From positions 81,172,882 through 81,236,881 of the forward strand of contig NC_068989.1 in NCBI RefSeq assembly GCF_001194135.2: a stretch of 64,000 nt of DNA, given 5' to 3'. Below, piece by piece: positions 61,640-64,000 of the stretch (the first letter of the stretch is position 1; every line of letters begins with the position of its first letter). Source of the DNA: Octopus bimaculoides (lineage: Eukaryota). Made by a program: the position numbers and the translations under genes. The notes under the pieces are model-generated. The model did not search any database and was not told where the DNA came from. It worked only from the letters and a program-made list of their open reading frames with translations.

Positions 61640-62005
61640 GAACTTTTCAGTACTTGTAGCCTTAGATATTGTAATATTAATTTCATCATCAAGAGTACTC
61701 TTAAAGTTTATTGTACTTCCGAGATACTTAAATAATCCAACCCACTTGAGTGGCTTATTGTCAATCATCACATTTAAATCTTGAGTATGTTCTGTCCCAG
61801 GCTTTGGTTGGAATAAAACTTCAGTCCTCTTGATTTTGATAGTCAGGCCAAATGCATAGGTTGCTGTAGCAAACCTGTTGGCTATTCCCTGAATTCCCTC
61901 AAATGTTTGAGAAATCAAAGTACAATCATCAGCAAACAGGAAACCATGAAGAAATTCTTCCTTGGTCCTTGCCCTTTTAGGTTTAGTAGACCTCCTGTGC
62001 ATAAC
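61640..62005 (-). mobile_element. RTE/BovB-like reverse transcriptase fragment
   Basis: FLFADDCTL...FGLTIKIKRTEVLFQPKPG...FKYLGSTI...DDEINITISKA resembles BovB-clade RT. Confidence 0.8.
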
Positions 62006-62198
62006 TGAATTTTTTTTTTAGGTTTGTGGATCTCATTTGTTATTGAAGCCTGTGCAGCAAATTTCATCTTCAGCACTCTTGAGCTACCAACCTTGCATCC
62101 AACAACCTTTTCCCCACATGGCTTTAATATGCACCAGAGTCTAGTTATTTGAACAAGAGAGTGTGATGGGTGACACAAACCTGTATGACCTAAAACAA

Positions 62199-62203
<5 letters not shown>

Positions 62204-62276
<73 letters not shown>

Positions 62277-62300
62277 AAGAGCAGCACAGTAGCAGCAGCT
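62204..62300 (+). repeat. Compound trinucleotide microsatellite (AAT)n(AAG)n(AGC)
   Basis: Directly visible. Confidence 0.95.
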
Positions 62301-62944
62301 ACCATGTCACAACTTTAGTAATGCAATTCCTGATTATATGGTCTCATAACGAGCAGACTAACATAAAGAAGTCATGTGATGTATGTAACTTTATCTTCAT
62401 GACAAACTAAATACAGACAACAGAGTAGACACACACCACATACACACACACACAGTCATATAAATATTAAGTGCTCAGTTTTGGTGGTTCTTGTTCTATC
62501 TACTCATTGAATTAATATGTAAATAAATGGTTGAGTATTTCACACACACACACACACGCACACATATCCCCATCAACACAATTCCTTGGTAAAATCAGTG
62601 TGGCACAATGTGGGTCATGGTTGTACCTTTGGATTACAAGTACAGTTCATCTGATGGGTTTCTTTATAGTTTTCATTTGCCCAGTTTCACTTGCAAGGCA
62701 TGGCTCAACCTAAGGCTATGGCAAAAGACTCTAGCCCAATGTGCCTCACAGTTGGAGTTAACCTGGGATCTTTTGATTGCTATATAAACTTCCTTACCAC
62801 TCTGCCAAGCATGCAACCTCATTTACACACCTTTATACAGAATGTAAGCAAACTGGTAGAGTTGTTAGAACATTGAAAAAATGCTTTGCTATATTTATTC
62901 CAGCTGTTTATACTCTGAAGTCAAAATAGTGTACTTATAATAAT

Positions 62945-63158
62945 TCTTTCTATGATAGGCACAAGGCCTGAAATTCTTAAGGAGGAGACTAGTTGATCAT
63001 ACTGACCCCAGTGATCAACTGGTATTTATTTCATTGACCATCAAAAGGATGAAAGGCAAAATTGATTTTGGTGGAGTTTGAACTCAGAGTTTATAGACAG
63101 ACAAAATACTGAGTCATTTTGTCCAGTATGTAATGATTCTGCTAGTTCTCTACCTTAA
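62945..63158 (-). mobile_element. Decayed SINE family B
   Basis: aggcacaaggcctgaaatt...aggatgaaaggcaaa...tttgaactcagag. Confidence 0.75.
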
Positions 63159-63166
63159 TGTGTTTC

Positions 63167-63332
63167 CAGGGCCGGCCCTAGGGTTAATGGTGCCCCAGGC
63201 AAACTGAACTTCGGCATGTACAAGCTGACAATCATGGAAATTTCCATGTCTTTGTCACACCCTCCTTGGTGCCCCCTAGCACATGGCACCCCGGGCAACT
63301 GCCCAAGTTGCCAGTACCTTGAACCGGCCCTG
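63167..63332. mobile_element. hAT-like MITE (166 bp)
   Basis: Perfect 9-bp TIR CAGGGCCGG / CCGGCCCTG; imperfect 8-bp TSD TGTGTTTC / TATGTTTA; GC-rich island in AT-rich DNA. Confidence 0.75.
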
Positions 63333-64000
63333 TATGTTTACAATAATAAAAAAAGAGATAAACATTTTTGTTATTAACATGTTCTATTTGTTTCTATTTA
63401 TTTTCTTCATGTGTGTGTGTGCACTTTCTTGTTTTTTTCTCTTACATGTACTGCAGCAATTCAAACCTGATTAATGAGAATGTTTAAGTAGAACATATAT
63501 GACCTATTACAGTTTTTTCCACATAACTAAACAACAGATATTGTGAGCCACTCCTAACAGTTATTATTCTCATAATAGCTCAAGAGCTAATTTGCAAGTA
63601 TTTTCTCTTATTGATATAGACTTCATTTTCTGTATTTAACCAAAAATTTTGTGCACAGGATATAAAGCAAACAAATTCATAAATCTCTGGTAACTTGAGA
63701 TTTTAATTATAGTGTTTGTGCTAAGAGTCAAGAAATACGCTTATTGGCTTTCAAGGTGTCCAGTATGGCGAGTACCAAATTATTGATAAAAGACAATTAA
63801 ACCAGTTAGCTTAACTGCTAAATAGGTACAGAATTTTGGCTGTGTGATTAAGTTTCCTTCATATCCATTCAGTTTCAGGTTCTGTCTCATTGAGCAGTAA
63901 GTTTGGCAAGTAAATATTTCTTCCAAAGCCTTGGGCTAACCAACATTTTGTGATTGGAAATTGGTAGATGGAAAGTGTGCAAAAGCCTGGTTTTTTACAC

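Overview
AT-rich, microsatellite-rich animal genomic scaffold with 8 N-gaps. The repeat families suggest a coleoid cephalopod, most likely Octopus; this is inference from sequence style. The window holds the 5' half of a GBF1-like gene (Golgi brefeldin A-resistant ARF-GEF) on the minus strand. Ten coding exons from 48421 down to 161 splice in frame with canonical GT-AG sites and matching phases into 562 aa: the DCB domain, a long low-complexity linker and the start of the HUS domain. The Sec7 domain lies off the left edge. Introns and the upstream region are packed with tRNA-derived SINEs, RTE- and CR1-type LINE fragments, a hAT-like MITE and simple repeats. Highlights: (1) a 382-bp insertion with a perfect 13-bp TSD (633-1014) joining a tRNA-derived Pol III head to a minimal Penelope-type hammerhead ribozyme, present as a divergent inverted pair; (2) a second, different hammerhead family, also a divergent inverted pair (53.5-53.8 kb), nested in a larger inverted repeat; (3) a candidate 18-nt frame-preserving GBF1 microexon (QDSELE, 11796-11813) with the UGC acceptor motif typical of Srrm3/4-regulated neural microexons; (4) outward-facing telomeric repeats and a CRE palindrome in the CpG-rich putative promoter. 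Nothing was computed; all alignments and folds were done by eye.
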